Source of the DNA: Conidiobolus incongruus B7586
Taxonomy: Eukaryota
DNA: 45,050 nt
Assembly (NCBI GenBank): GCA_000697335.1
Contig: JNEM01008721.1
Location: forward strand, 1-45,050
Direction: 5' to 3'
Shown: positions 12,416 to 24,180 of the stretch, piece by piece
How the letters are laid out: each line of letters starts with the position of its first letter
Position numbering within the stretch: position 1 is the stretch's first letter
Notes under the pieces: generated by a model
Told to the model about the DNA's origin: nothing
The model's input: the letters and a program-made list of their open reading frames with translations, nothing else
The model's database searches: none
Translations under genes and position numbers: made by a program

Positions 12416-15400
12416 ATGAGTTCAAAACCAACATCAGATAACAATGAAGAGTTACCAACAATTTGGAAATTCACTGTATTGTATACGAAACAATTGAATA
12501 AGAAGTCAAAGGTGTGGCAGGATGGTATAAACTATTCAAGATTTGAATTAGGAATTATCATTCATTTAATATTTTAGGTTTTTTGGTATTTTCTAAAAAT
12601 TCTAAAAAGGTAAACCAATAAACATAGTGCTTTATATATTATCTATAAACGTTATTATTAGTTAACTCTATTATCTCAAGAGGGCAATACCCTAACTTGG
12701 TAATTTTGAAAATTCTCAAACACCATTAAACATTATGATTAATAACATCGTATAGTAAAATATTACCAAGTATAGATCAAGCCAAAAAGATTAAGATTGG
12801 TGACGAAGTGAAAATTGGTGGATTTTTGATTACTATTGAATCAATTTTTAATAATGTGGATAATGCGACCACTACTGCTGTATCGGATAATGGTAATGAG
12901 AATGAAATGGTACAGAGCGAGTCTAATACTACTATATCCAATAATGTAAATATACCATTCCTATTAAATAGTTTTATTACTAATCTAATAATCCGATTAG
13001 ACTACTACCTCCAAAGTTATCATACACGATCTCAAAAGAAAATCTGATTTCAACAAGCCTTTTGTCTCGCCGATGCTACACAATACCAAAAATATTCGAC
13101 TAACATCTAATACTACAACATTAACGAAGTCGACATTACATAGTCTACACAATTCCAAACCCAAAGTGGAGGGCTTCGTATTTTCTACGAATGTGAGTTA
13201 TTCTCCATTATCCAACCCTAATGATATCAGAAATGAAATGGGTCACAGTGTAAACTTAAATATGATATAGCATTATATTGATTACTTAATTATATTTCTA
13301 GCCTTCGGCTTCTGACTATTTCGAATACTTGGCTAAATTGAGCGTTGACCAACTCCAAGTAACCTTATGCAGTCCAAAATAATACCAATATTGTAACCAT
13401 TTTTTCAATAGATTGTCATTGCTGAATATCGCAATCTACTAACATCTACAATTCGAGAGATTCAATCCAGCGAAACTACGAGATACTCATTTAAAGAAGA
13501 CATTCACCACTCTAATTTCATATGTTATCAGCCTAATAATTTTACGTAATTATTATTATTTATACCATTCATCATTTACTTACATACCAATTGTTAGTTT
13601 ATTTTGTGAAAGTTACAGCTTTTTAACCAACTTTAACTACATAGCCAACTTTAAAGAATTGGGCATTGATATGGAAGATAGTGAGACCATGACGAATGAT
13701 ACCAGTCATGATCCAAGTCTAATCTCCAAGTACCTGTTCTCGAATTTGTCTCCCCCTACAATTCAATTATCATTAAAATCTTACGTACCTAAAAATTTGT
13801 AAGTTGCTATTGGTATATTATTTCAATTAAATTATTAATTTTTTCAATTAGATTTATGAAAGGTTTATCTATATTTGCATAATATCAAATATTAAATTCT
13901 AATAATTTTTATTAGATGATTTATGGATCCTTACAAAGTCCCTCAAATTCGATTATAATACTACAGTTTTAATGAGATCTACACATCATGGAGCTCCCAG
14001 TAAAAAGATTGAGGTAGTTTCTAAATTTATTTAAAATAATTGCATATTGATATATTAAATAGTTGATACCCTTGGGTCTTAAGGACCAAGTCAAATTCAA
14101 AGAATTGAGGGATGATATTAGTGAGAGTGGAACTGGCTTTTTATTCAAAGGATGTAATATTTCCACAGAAATTTCTCTAATTAGTAATTATATAATTTAT
14201 TTTATTTGAATGAGATATTGATTATATCGTTAGGTAATTTAATTCCTATGGATATTGGATATAATCAATTTCACGCTCTTTTGGATACTCCGTTGATGAA
14301 ATTTATTGCTGATCCTTTTAATCCAACTGAGGAAGACACTAATTTAAATGATGAAGATATAAGAACGGAAGACCCAAATGATTTATCTTTAACCGATTTC
14401 AATATTCAGAAAAATGAAATTTCTGAAACTCTGATCAATCAATACTCAATGGTTTATAGTGAAAACTATAGTTTAAATTTGGACCAGGGTCAAGTTCTAA
14501 CAGAATTTCTACGCCTGACATTCCTACCGACAAAATCGCAAACTAAAGCGCCCGTTCAACTTGTCCACGGGGTATACGGCTCCGGAAAAAGTTTATTAAT
14601 ATCAATTATGATAATAGCAGCTATTGAAATCTCCCAAAACCATAATGTCCCCGTGAAAATCTTACTCGCATGTATGACGAACGTCGCGGTGGATAACATT
14701 CTCCTCAAGTTGAAGGATTTGGGCTTTGAGAATTTTGTACGTGTAGGTAGTTTAAAAAGAATTAACAAAAATGTATTACCATTCGCTGCCCAAAACAAGA
14801 AGAGACAGCGAGAAGATATTGAAGAAATCAAGGCGATGATTGACGAGCTGGATGCCAACGACAATCCCGAAGATGACGACCAAAGGGCCGTGCTGGAAGA
14901 AACTTTGACGCGGTTCCAAAAGGGTCTCAACCAGGGACTTGTGCAGAGGTGTCCCATCGTCGGTGCCACATGCTTGGCTACTTCTCTGACTAGTATGGAC
15001 GATGTTGTATTTGACGTAGTTATTCAGGATGAATGCTCTCAACTTACAGAGCCACTCTCCCTCTTGAGTCTCATTCGATTTTCTCCCAAGAGTTTGGTAT
15101 TGGTAGGGGATCCCAACCAAGTAATATATACATAACATGCACAAAATTCACTCTCTAACATTGTTTCTTTAGTTGCCTCCAACAGTCAACAATTCCAACC
15201 AATATCAATGGATATCCAGTCGTCTCAAAATCACATTATTTGACAGATTTTATCAAGTAATTTTAATATGATATTTTTATTTAACTTTACTTATTCATTT
15301 TATTAGGTTGGTATTAAGGTAATTTAAATTCTATTTAAAAAATGAATGTTTTATTAAGTGATGTAATTAGCCTAAAATGTTAAGGACACAATATAGAGTA

Positions 15401-16754
15401 AGTTAAACATCTTAAATATTATTAACAGTATTTAATAACCTATTCTTAAGTGTCATCCCAAAATCAGTTATTTAAGCAATTCACTTTTTTACAAAAACAT
15501 GCTAATGGATGGTATTTCGGAATATGAAAGATTGCCAATTCATCCTAACTTACCCAATTTGGCATTCGTGAACGTCGAAGGCAAAGTGAGTTTGATTTTA
15601 TTCAATTAAAGTATATATAGTATTAAGATCATTGTTAGGAAATTTCATATAAAACGAAATCATCAAGCTTCCACAATGAGAAAGAAATTCAAATTATTGG
15701 GGATTTGGTTAATGAATTAAATGCGATTGGTGTACAGTCGGATAATATTGGTATTATTTCACTATGTAAAGGATTACCATTTTATTTCTATGGTATTGGG
15801 TATTGGGTATTGATTTTGTTTTAGATAAAGATCAAGTTGAAAAATTGAGTAGTTTGATGAATGTTAAACAAGTTTCCAATAGTATAAATAATAATGGCGG
15901 TAGTAGTAATAGTAGTATTCAGGTAAATTTAGAGTTTTTATGATACATATCTTCAATTAGTAACCATATTTTCAATCAATTGATAGATTAGTACGGTAGA
16001 CGCTTTTCAAGTAATTTTTTATCTCAATATTCAATAATCATCTCAATCATTCATATATTTTAGGGAGCTGAAAAAGAAATTATTATCTTATCTTGCGTCA
16101 GAACTTATAATACCAATTTCTTAAGTAATTCTAATCGAATTAATGTAGCGATTACGAGAGCTAAAAAGTATATACTATATTTTATTTATCTGATATATTT
16201 AATATCAATGTCATTTTTTATAGACATCTATTTATTATCGGAAATGGCGAAAATTTGAAAAAGATTCCCTTGTGGAAAAATTTAATCTCAAAATTGCCGA
16301 CAGGTAACCTATCCATTCTCACAATACAATTAGATTAATCAATATTGTAGATAATGGCTACTTCAAAGATTCCGATGAATTCATCAATCTCTTTGCCAAT
16401 ATTCCAAAAGTATTACCTCGGCCCGATCCCAAACCTAAACCCATTGTGAAGAATGTGTCATTTGCAAAAAAGTTAGATTTCGTTACTTACGAACCAGAGC
16501 CGAAATCCTTGACGACCAAGTGGGACGAGTTTATAGATGAAGAGGACAATGAATTACAACAATTGGATGAATTGCCACAAGGTGAGAATTACCAAAGTGA
16601 AGATGATCTAGAGCCTGAAATGTTGGATGAGGATAGTGTTCATAGCGAACACTCTTTACAGAATGAAACTGTTATCCTTAAAGAATCCGTCAACCTCAAA
16701 GAAAATGATCAAGATTTAGATATGCAAATTGACGAATTATTTGGCCTTTTATAA
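12416..16754 (+). CDS. ZGRF1: ZGRF1-like 5'-3' DNA helicase: N-terminal DUF2439 plus Upf1/DNA2-like SF1 helicase, many introns
   Basis: Exon 1 encodes MSSKPT...WKFTVLYTKQLNKKSKVWQDG (DUF2439 start). Later come KDDLWIL, Walker A HGVYGSGKS, TNVAVD, DECSQLTEP, VGDPNQ|LPPT, QYR|CHPKI, STVDAFQ|GAEKEIIILSCVRT and RINVAITRAK, then an acidic C-tail. Confidence 0.88.
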
Positions 16755-16870
16755 TCCATAACATTAGCATTTAATATACATATACATATTCAAACAAATT
16801 CATTTATAAATAAAGTTTTTATTTAATAAAAATAATAATTTATAATTTCATTATGATTAATCAGTATAAT

Positions 16871-18082
16871 CTATAAGACATGAGGAGTGGGTTCTAAGGA
16901 AGCAGGTTGGTAACTGGATTCGGAGGTTTGGGCGTCAGATGGGAATTCGTAATCGATTCTCTTTTTGCTGAAGTATTCGACTAGGTAGTTTTTACAAGCC
17001 TAAAACAATTCAATTAATTCATGTTTGGATATTGCTAGAATGGGTTAAATTACTCTATATTCGGCCATCTTTAAGGAACTACCATAACCTAAGCAATAAA
17101 AATGAATACCATAAATTTTATAAATATATTTAATTAAAATACCTTCACTAAGTTTTTCAGTACCAGTAAAGACACCTACGATAAATACTGGACGATTTGA
17201 AAGACGACCACTTTCTTTCAACAATCTAACAAATTACTAATTAGCCACATTACATAATTAAATAAAATAATAAATTACCTAGTGACAGGAGTAGGTTTAC
17301 CCTGCTTCTGGATCATTTGGGATAATATAACTTTGGGAAGTTCAAAATGTAAAATATCTTCCAATTTAATATTTCTGGGAGTTATGTAATTATGAATAAA
17401 GTCACGGGCGGCGATAGGTCCCTATTTAAAGTATTAATCAATAAACTGAAGAATATAATTTGTTAATGGTTACTTCTTGTTGATAAATAGCTCCAATAAT
17501 ACTCAAAAACGATTTAGCAGCTTTAAATTTTAAATCTTTAGGATCCTAAAATAACACATTAATAAACACACATATAAATCATCAAATCCAAATAAAAAAT
17601 TACTTGAACTTTATCGGTCAATAATTTATCCAAACCGAAACTTCTAACTAATTGGGAAGTAGGTAACAAGTCGAAATTAATCTCATAAATTTTTTCTAAA
17701 AATTTCCTATCCAATCTAGGATACTCTAACATTAATTTCTCGTAAATAAAAAATTGTAATGTTGATAAACCTAAACCATTATATTATTAATATATTCTAA
17801 ATTTATATTAATTAATAAATATAAGTTACCCAATTGACGTAATTGACCATTTTTAACAGTATCGATATTATCCCCACGTTCTAAAATATTATAAATGGTC
17901 GCTGGGTTTAAATTATTTAATTTTAAACGAGCAATAAAGGCAGAAACATCGGCGTGAACTGGAATTTGAATGGTTTCGGTTTGAGCTTGAATACTTCCAG
18001 TTGTGGAGATTAATCTAGTATAATTTTGGGGTCTAAATGAAGTTGATCGGAGGGATTTGGTGAAGTGGCGTAATAAACTCAT
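16871..18082 (-). CDS. MRPL3: Mitochondrial ribosomal protein mL44 (yeast Mrpl3; degenerate RNase III + dsRBD), multi-exon
   Basis: Arg/Ser-rich mitochondrial presequence MSLLRHFTKSLRSTSFRP. Spliced C-terminus [41 protein letters not shown] matches the mL44 dsRBD pattern. Confidence 0.85.
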
Positions 18083-18224
18083 AATCTATATTAATTAGAT
18101 ATTTGATGAAGTGACAGTTTATAATGAATTTGTTATTATTTAAATTATTATTTTTTGTTAACTGCTGAGTTTTAAGTCAATTTTAAGTTTTTAGAACTTA
18201 TATTTGATAATTGAAATTATGAAC

Positions 18225-18234
18225 TTATGGGATT
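18225..18234 (-). promoter_or_regulatory. AATCCCATAA motif upstream of MRPL3
   Basis: ttatgggatt on + strand, ~143 nt upstream of ATG 18082. Confidence 0.65.
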
Positions 18235-18362
18235 AAAATAATTTGAACCAATTTCTCAAAACATTTCAATCAAAATTAATTTCAAATTTGGAATAAATTC
18301 AATATAGTAAATTCTATATCTGTATTGATCAAATTTATTAAATAACTTCTAAACAATTCCAA

Positions 18363-19884
18363 TTATGATTCGTCTTGCCAAAACCAATTCATCAATTTGG
18401 TAACCAAACTAACATTTAAACTATTGCCCAATAGTTTATAACGCTGGGCAATTGTAATATCTTTTGGGAATTCCAAATGATATTTAGAGTTTTTGGGGAT
18501 CCAGTCAATTTGGTCGTTCATTTGTTTGAGTGGGAATCCCATTAAAAGTGACACTTCTCTAGGCGTCATGAATCGTAATTTGAGGGGTATTAAAGTCGAT
18601 GGTTTGGTAAAATCGATTGGATTCTAATGGATTGAAATTAATAAATTTTAGAAGTATATGATAAAATTTAAAAATTACCTCGGATGTAGCAGTTGCAATT
18701 AAAGATCCACTACCGAATATATGGTGACTTCCATATGCCTGAATATTAATCAATCAATTAATAAAATAAAATGACTTAAAATCAAATGAATTACCTTGGT
18801 AAAGCAAGAAGATCTACACAGATCCTCATCAACAATATCTAAACCAAAATGAATATAATATCCAAATACAATAATAATTCAATTACCAAATCTAAAATTA
18901 TGACTTTTCAATATCCACTTGTCAGGTACCAAATACTTTTCAAAGTCTTGCTTCTCATCCTCCAGCACGGTGCTCAAAGGTGTATTACAGGTATTTTCAT
19001 CAGTACTAGAATCTGTAACACTTTCAGGCCATTGTTTGATTAAAATATTTTCAAACTGACTCAATCTGGGGGTAAAGGGTAACAACTTGGCCATTAAAAA
19101 ATATCTTGGACGTTCGTTAGGGATGTTGATTTGAATGGGACTCAATAAAAATTCCAAATAATTGTAATTTAGTTGTTTTAATTGCTCTATTAATAGGTTT
19201 CTAGATTGTGATATCTATTAATCAATATACTGATGAGTTGTATAGTTAATTAAAATAGACATTATTCATTACTTCAAAATTAACTACATTTTCAACCATG
19301 ATAAATTCCGGCAACTTTTTTAACTTGGGTAAGATTTTAATCAGATTTAATAGTGCTGCAGTTCTGGGATCTTCGTGATCTAATTGTTTTCCTAAATTAT
19401 TATCAATGAATATTATTTTCAATAACTATTTTATATAATTGAAAATTTACCTCCTCTAGTATATGGCTAATAAATATAAAATACAAGTTAGTAGTGAAAT
19501 AGTGCTATATTTTGAATGAATTACTTGACATGGTGGACTCATTAACCAACAATTACAATTCAATCTATCCAACTCCTTTTCATCCAATACATTGATCACT
19601 CTCTATAATAATTCACATATAGATTAAATTATTAATTATAATCATATACAATTTATAATATTACATTATTAGGTTTTAATTTAAAACAATATTCGTAAAC
19701 TTTATTGGCGATTTGATTGGTATCGTAACTAGCTACTATTTCACCTTTTAATTGGGAGTTGGTAAATGAAAAATGCTATTGATTGAGTTAATAAGTGAAT
19801 ATTTTAAATAATAGGGTGGTTTACATAGCCTCCAATCCCACTAAAGAATTCTATACATCTTAAATATGGTAATTTTGGTTCCAT
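18363..19884 (-). CDS. DNMT2: DNMT2/Pmt1 tRNA (cytosine-38) C5-methyltransferase, multi-exon
   Basis: Spliced motifs: I EFFSGIGG, IV WLMSPPCQ|PYTRG, VI ENV..FE, VIII IPNERPRYF, the Dnmt2-specific CFTK, IX LR..TPREV..LMGFP, X RYKLLGNSLNV. Confidence 0.93.
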
Positions 19885-19973
19885 TATTTGGTATTTTTTG
19901 ATATCTTTATGCAACCAATTATTTTTCTTCCAAAGAGAGTGAGTTTATAATACAATTAAATTTGGTAATATAA

Positions 19974-19983
19974 TTATGGGATT
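19974..19983 (-). promoter_or_regulatory. AATCCCATAA motif upstream of DNMT2
   Basis: ttatgggatt on + strand, ~90 nt upstream of ATG 19884. Confidence 0.65.
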
Positions 19984-20640
19984 TTATCAAATTTACAATG
20001 TCCTAATTCCTTTAATTTTAATCATGAGTGTGATATTAAATAATTGTTATAAAGTTTTTATATCTAAAAAGTGATATACTTTAATTGATTATTAATATAT
20101 GTTAATTTTTAACTCTCTCATTGTATTCAATTAGTTTCAGTTTCCTATTTATGAATAATTATTAAAATATAGATAATCAATCACAAAGATTATTCATTTC
20201 CACTAAATATTAAATACACGATATACAATCTATATTCTATTTGATTTTCTTGAACTTTAATAATTTTATAAATTTGAATTTGACATTTTTCAAATATTTC
20301 ATCATCAACAATGAATTAATAACCTATCCAATATACAAATAGTTAAACTTTATATATATAATATTCATAAAATTTAAATTACTTTTGAATTTAGCCGATA
20401 TATTACGATTAATTTTTTAAATTCTTTACAATTATTTGAAAATATATCAGATAATATTGTAATAATTTATGTCATATTGTTTTGAAGTTTTAAAGATGAA
20501 TGAGCAATTTCATGAAGTTATTACTTAATTTTAATTGCTTTGATTAGATTATAGAATTCAATACTCAAATTTCATAAATTATTATGTTAATAGATAATGA
20601 AATTGTTTAAAATTCTATTCTTTAGTATTTATATCATTAT

Positions 20641-20642
<2 letters not shown>

Positions 20643-20675
<33 letters not shown>
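20643..20675. repeat. (AT)n microsatellite
   Basis: Uninterrupted AT dinucleotide run of ~16 units. Confidence 0.95.
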
Positions 20676-20677
<2 letters not shown>

Positions 20678-20934
20678 CTTGGAAATAGTAAATATATAAA
20701 TATCGATTGATATAGGATAAGTATTTTTATAAAAAAAATATGCAAGTCAAGATAATAGGTGTATTTTTAGAGAATTTAAAATTAAAACAACAAGTTAATA
20801 ATCAACTCAAAATCGCTTCTAAATTTGGCACCGGTAAAATGGATAACAAATAATCAAAAAAGAATGTGAGATCTTGATACCCTTATAAAAAGCTTACATG
20901 CTCCTGAATATTGGCTATTTTCTTTATTGTTTTG

Positions 20935-21690
20935 ATGAGTGCTGAAAGATCAAATACTTACGACAATTTATCTTATATTCCTTTAAAACCGTATGGTACT
21001 GTACCTGAAGATCGGGACGAGGCTATGAAAACTCAGTGTAAGTCTTTTGTTCAAAGTTTGACGCCGAGGATCATATTTCAAAGCATTATATTGGATGTGT
21101 TGCTCGAACCTATCTTGTATTTTAGTCTTGAGGATTCTTTAGGTGAAGCCGTAGCTTGCGGTATATCATCATTACCTGATGGGGTTTCCATTTTAATGTC
21201 AGCTTTGATGGATAAGAATTATGATATTGTGCAAATGGTTTCCATGGTAGTTATTTTTATTTCATCCATACTGACGCTGGTATTCCACAAAGCCAAATTA
21301 AGTCAAATTCCTGATAGTTTGATACCGGGAGTCATGGGTTTGAATTATTTGTTTTCTAAGAATATCGATCGTCCTTTATTTTTCTATGCAACGAGACCTT
21401 GGACGACGAAAAATTCTAAATTTTTTAATATTAAAATGTTGGATGACAGTTGGGATAAATTCTCACAGTTTGAAGTCAAAGAAAAGGTGGCAAAAGTATG
21501 GGGTGTAGTTTTAGTTATTCAGTCAGCGATCGTGTGCACGTTGATTTTTTATTTGAAATTGGATACTTTGATTATTGTAACTATTATTATCTCTATCTTA
21601 TTTGCTTTAATATTAAATTGCTGGGCTTTTATGTATGCTTGGAAATTGAAGTATTCAGAAACAGATATTCAAAGGTGGTTATTCGCATGA
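20935..21690 (+). CDS. Multi-pass membrane protein, resembles VC0807-like / IspA(YciB)-related family
   Basis: Intronless ORF with ~6 hydrophobic segments. The patterns DVLLEPILYF, SLIPGVMGL.YLFS....RPLFFYATR and VWGVVLVIQ resemble the bacterial VC0807-type pattern (from memory). First ATG is at 20935. Confidence 0.55.
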   Translation: MSAERSNTYDNLSYIPLKPYGTVPEDRDEAMKTQCKSFVQSLTPRIIFQSIILDVLLEPILYFSLEDSLGEAVACGISSLPDGVSILMSALMDKNYDIVQMVSMVVIFISSILTLVFHKAKLSQIPDSLIPGVMGLNYLFSKNIDRPLFFYATRPWTTKNSKFFNIKMLDDSWDKFSQFEVKEKVAKVWGVVLVIQSAIVCTLIFYLKLDTLIIVTIIISILFALILNCWAFMYAWKLKYSETDIQRWLFA

Positions 21691-22277
21691 ATATCTATAA
21701 TAAATTATTTTATATTTTGTATTTTGAGTATGTTTTTTAAACACGGTTATTTAGATAATAATTTTCGTAGAAGCTTTGGAATTTTTAAAATTTAATTAAA
21801 ATTCCTTTACACGTTGAGTAAAAGCTAAAAAATAATCAAAATATTATAGGTCAAATACTTTACAAAATGAATTTAATAACATGTGGTTGTTTCAAAAATG
21901 TTTGTGATGGAAATATAGTATTTCAAAGTATTGAATATTGAGGATGTAGGCTATCATGTCAATATTTCAAAATATTTTATTAATTTATTATTTATCTTCT
22001 TCAAATCAAGTTATTTGAGATAATTTTATTTGAAAATTCAAAGGTTGAATCAACTTAAAAGTTAATCAAAGGTACTAGAAAAATCAAGCTATAATCAAAT
22101 CAAATTAAAGTTTAATTATGATTCTAAATAGAATCAAAAGATATCAAACTGAAAATCGTTAGTGATACCAATGATTTTTGCATATCGTAGTATCTTGACT
22201 AAAGCATAACCAGGAAATTGTATATTTTAACAGTTAATTTAATATTGAGCAAAACGGTCGTAGTGGATTTATTTTAG

Positions 22278-23419
22278 TTAGCTATTCGACTGTAGCTGGG
22301 CGACATAATCCTTTTCATGAAAAGATCCTTGTAATCTCAATCTCTTCTGCCTCCTGACAAGAGCTGTATCGAACAGATACTGTTCAATGCCATTTTTGGG
22401 TGTCACTTGGCTGTCAATTGTGAGTGCTTTACCCTGTTCATCAGTTGCTACAAGTGTTAAAAATCCATCGTTAGTGAATACTTCTTCGCTGGTAGTTCTA
22501 GGTAGTCGAATCATCGCTGCGTAAACTTCTAAACTAGTTTTGAAGGTCCTGGTGACGAATGATCTGACAATAACCACGTCACCAACATGAGATGGATGAT
22601 GGAATTGGAATCCATCTGTACCAATGGTACTTGCCCAAGTTTTCGCATGTCTACCAGCGCTCACTCCAGCACAAGTCTCTAGCCAATCCATGACCTGGCC
22701 ACCAAAAGTCGAGTCAATAGGATTCCCATGGGGAGGCATAACAATGTGGATCATTTCGCAGAACCCAGCAGCGGTTCTAACTTCGTCAGAGAATTGAATA
22801 TACTCTTGCACCTTTGCCATTTGAGCTACTTCATCCTCTGACTTTTCCAAAAACGTTTGACGACGAAGTTCTGCAAGTTCAAAGTCGCGCTCCTGCTGAG
22901 GTGTTTCTGGAAATGCAGGTGGTAACTGTACTTTGTTGAGTTCGTTACGTGGACCAGAAATTGCTACAAAAGTAAGTATTGCGTCACAACAGTGGTATCG
23001 CTCCAAAGTCTTTTTATCCTCCTCAAAAACTGCAACCTTTACTTCCACTGAAGTATTGAAGGATTTGGTGACAGTTGCTTGAAGTACAAGTATTGCACCA
23101 GTTTTCACAGGTTTATAAAAACGACTCTGATCCATACTTCGAGTAGGTAGAACATAAGGAGGTAAACCTCTTAACCATTTGTGAACACTAAAAGCAGCTA
23201 CCAAATCGATATGAGATAATAGAAAACCAGCTCTGGTAAAGCCTTTCCCATCTTCAAAACCTGAAGGTACAACTTGGACCGACTCTACTCTAGTTATCAA
23301 TAATTAATTTTTTAAATTTATTTAGAAAAAATACTATATGTTTATTTAAAATACTTTGAAAGTTCTACAGATCTAGGTTCTAAAGTGATTTCAATAGGAC
23401 TGTCAACTACTTCTTCCAT
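22278..23419 (-). CDS. Acyl-CoA thioesterase, double hotdog fold (ACOT11/12/YciA-like), 1 intron
   Basis: Two hotdog repeats: F.KPV..G.......VTKSFNTSVEV.V.V and P.H.N....FGGQVMDW...A...A..H, followed by F..P..VGD...V...VTRTFKTSLEV. A short 5' exon MEEVVDSPIEITLEPRSVELS lies at ~23355-23419. Confidence 0.88.
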
Positions 23420-23705
23420 ACTAAATTGAAATTCAAAATTAGTGACTATTTTTTATATGTCTATGAAATTTACATTTAGTTATTTTACAATATTTTCTTT
23501 TATATTTATACAAAACCTAAATTAATAAAGAGTTGATATTAATAAGTAAGTTATTTAAATATTTTAAAATTCAATACTATTTTGGAAAATTAAAAAAAAT
23601 AAATTATTGAATTATGTCATAATAAATTTTTCAGGGTCATGTTTTGTTTTAGCTTTCTCATAACTTTGTTAAATAAATTATTAAATTTCAAAAGTTCTTC
23701 ATTAA

Positions 23706-23715
23706 CACGTGGGAA
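23706..23715. promoter_or_regulatory. Overlapping E-box CACGTG / CSL-type CGTGGGAA upstream of the acyl-CoA thioesterase
   Basis: cacgtgggaa in otherwise very AT-rich DNA ~290 nt upstream of ATG 23419. Confidence 0.35.
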
Positions 23716-24180
23716 AATTGATAATTATGGAAATTTATTTTTACTAATTAAAGATAATTCAGAAACTTTGGTTGGCTAACTTGAATTGGAACTCTTATTA
23801 AAAGTAATATAAAAAATTAATTTCCATTTATAATAAAAATTATATACTTTGATTGGATTAACTTTATTTAGAAAATTTTAGAAACAATATAACTAACTTT
23901 TTTAATCAGGGTTTATAGGTTAATCAAGGATATAAATAAATTTAATAAATCAAAACTAATAATGATATATAGTTTGTCTATCAAATGATAAATAAAAATT
24001 AATTAAAAAATATATGGATATTAAACTGATAAATTTATTAACAAAATTGATGAATATGAACTGATAAATTGAAATAGCTCAATTATTTTAAACATTTAAG
24101 ATCATATTATCAAGAAAAAAATATTAGTGATTGTTGATAGATATTAATTAAAACTTGTGTGAAAAATTGTTGATTAAAAG

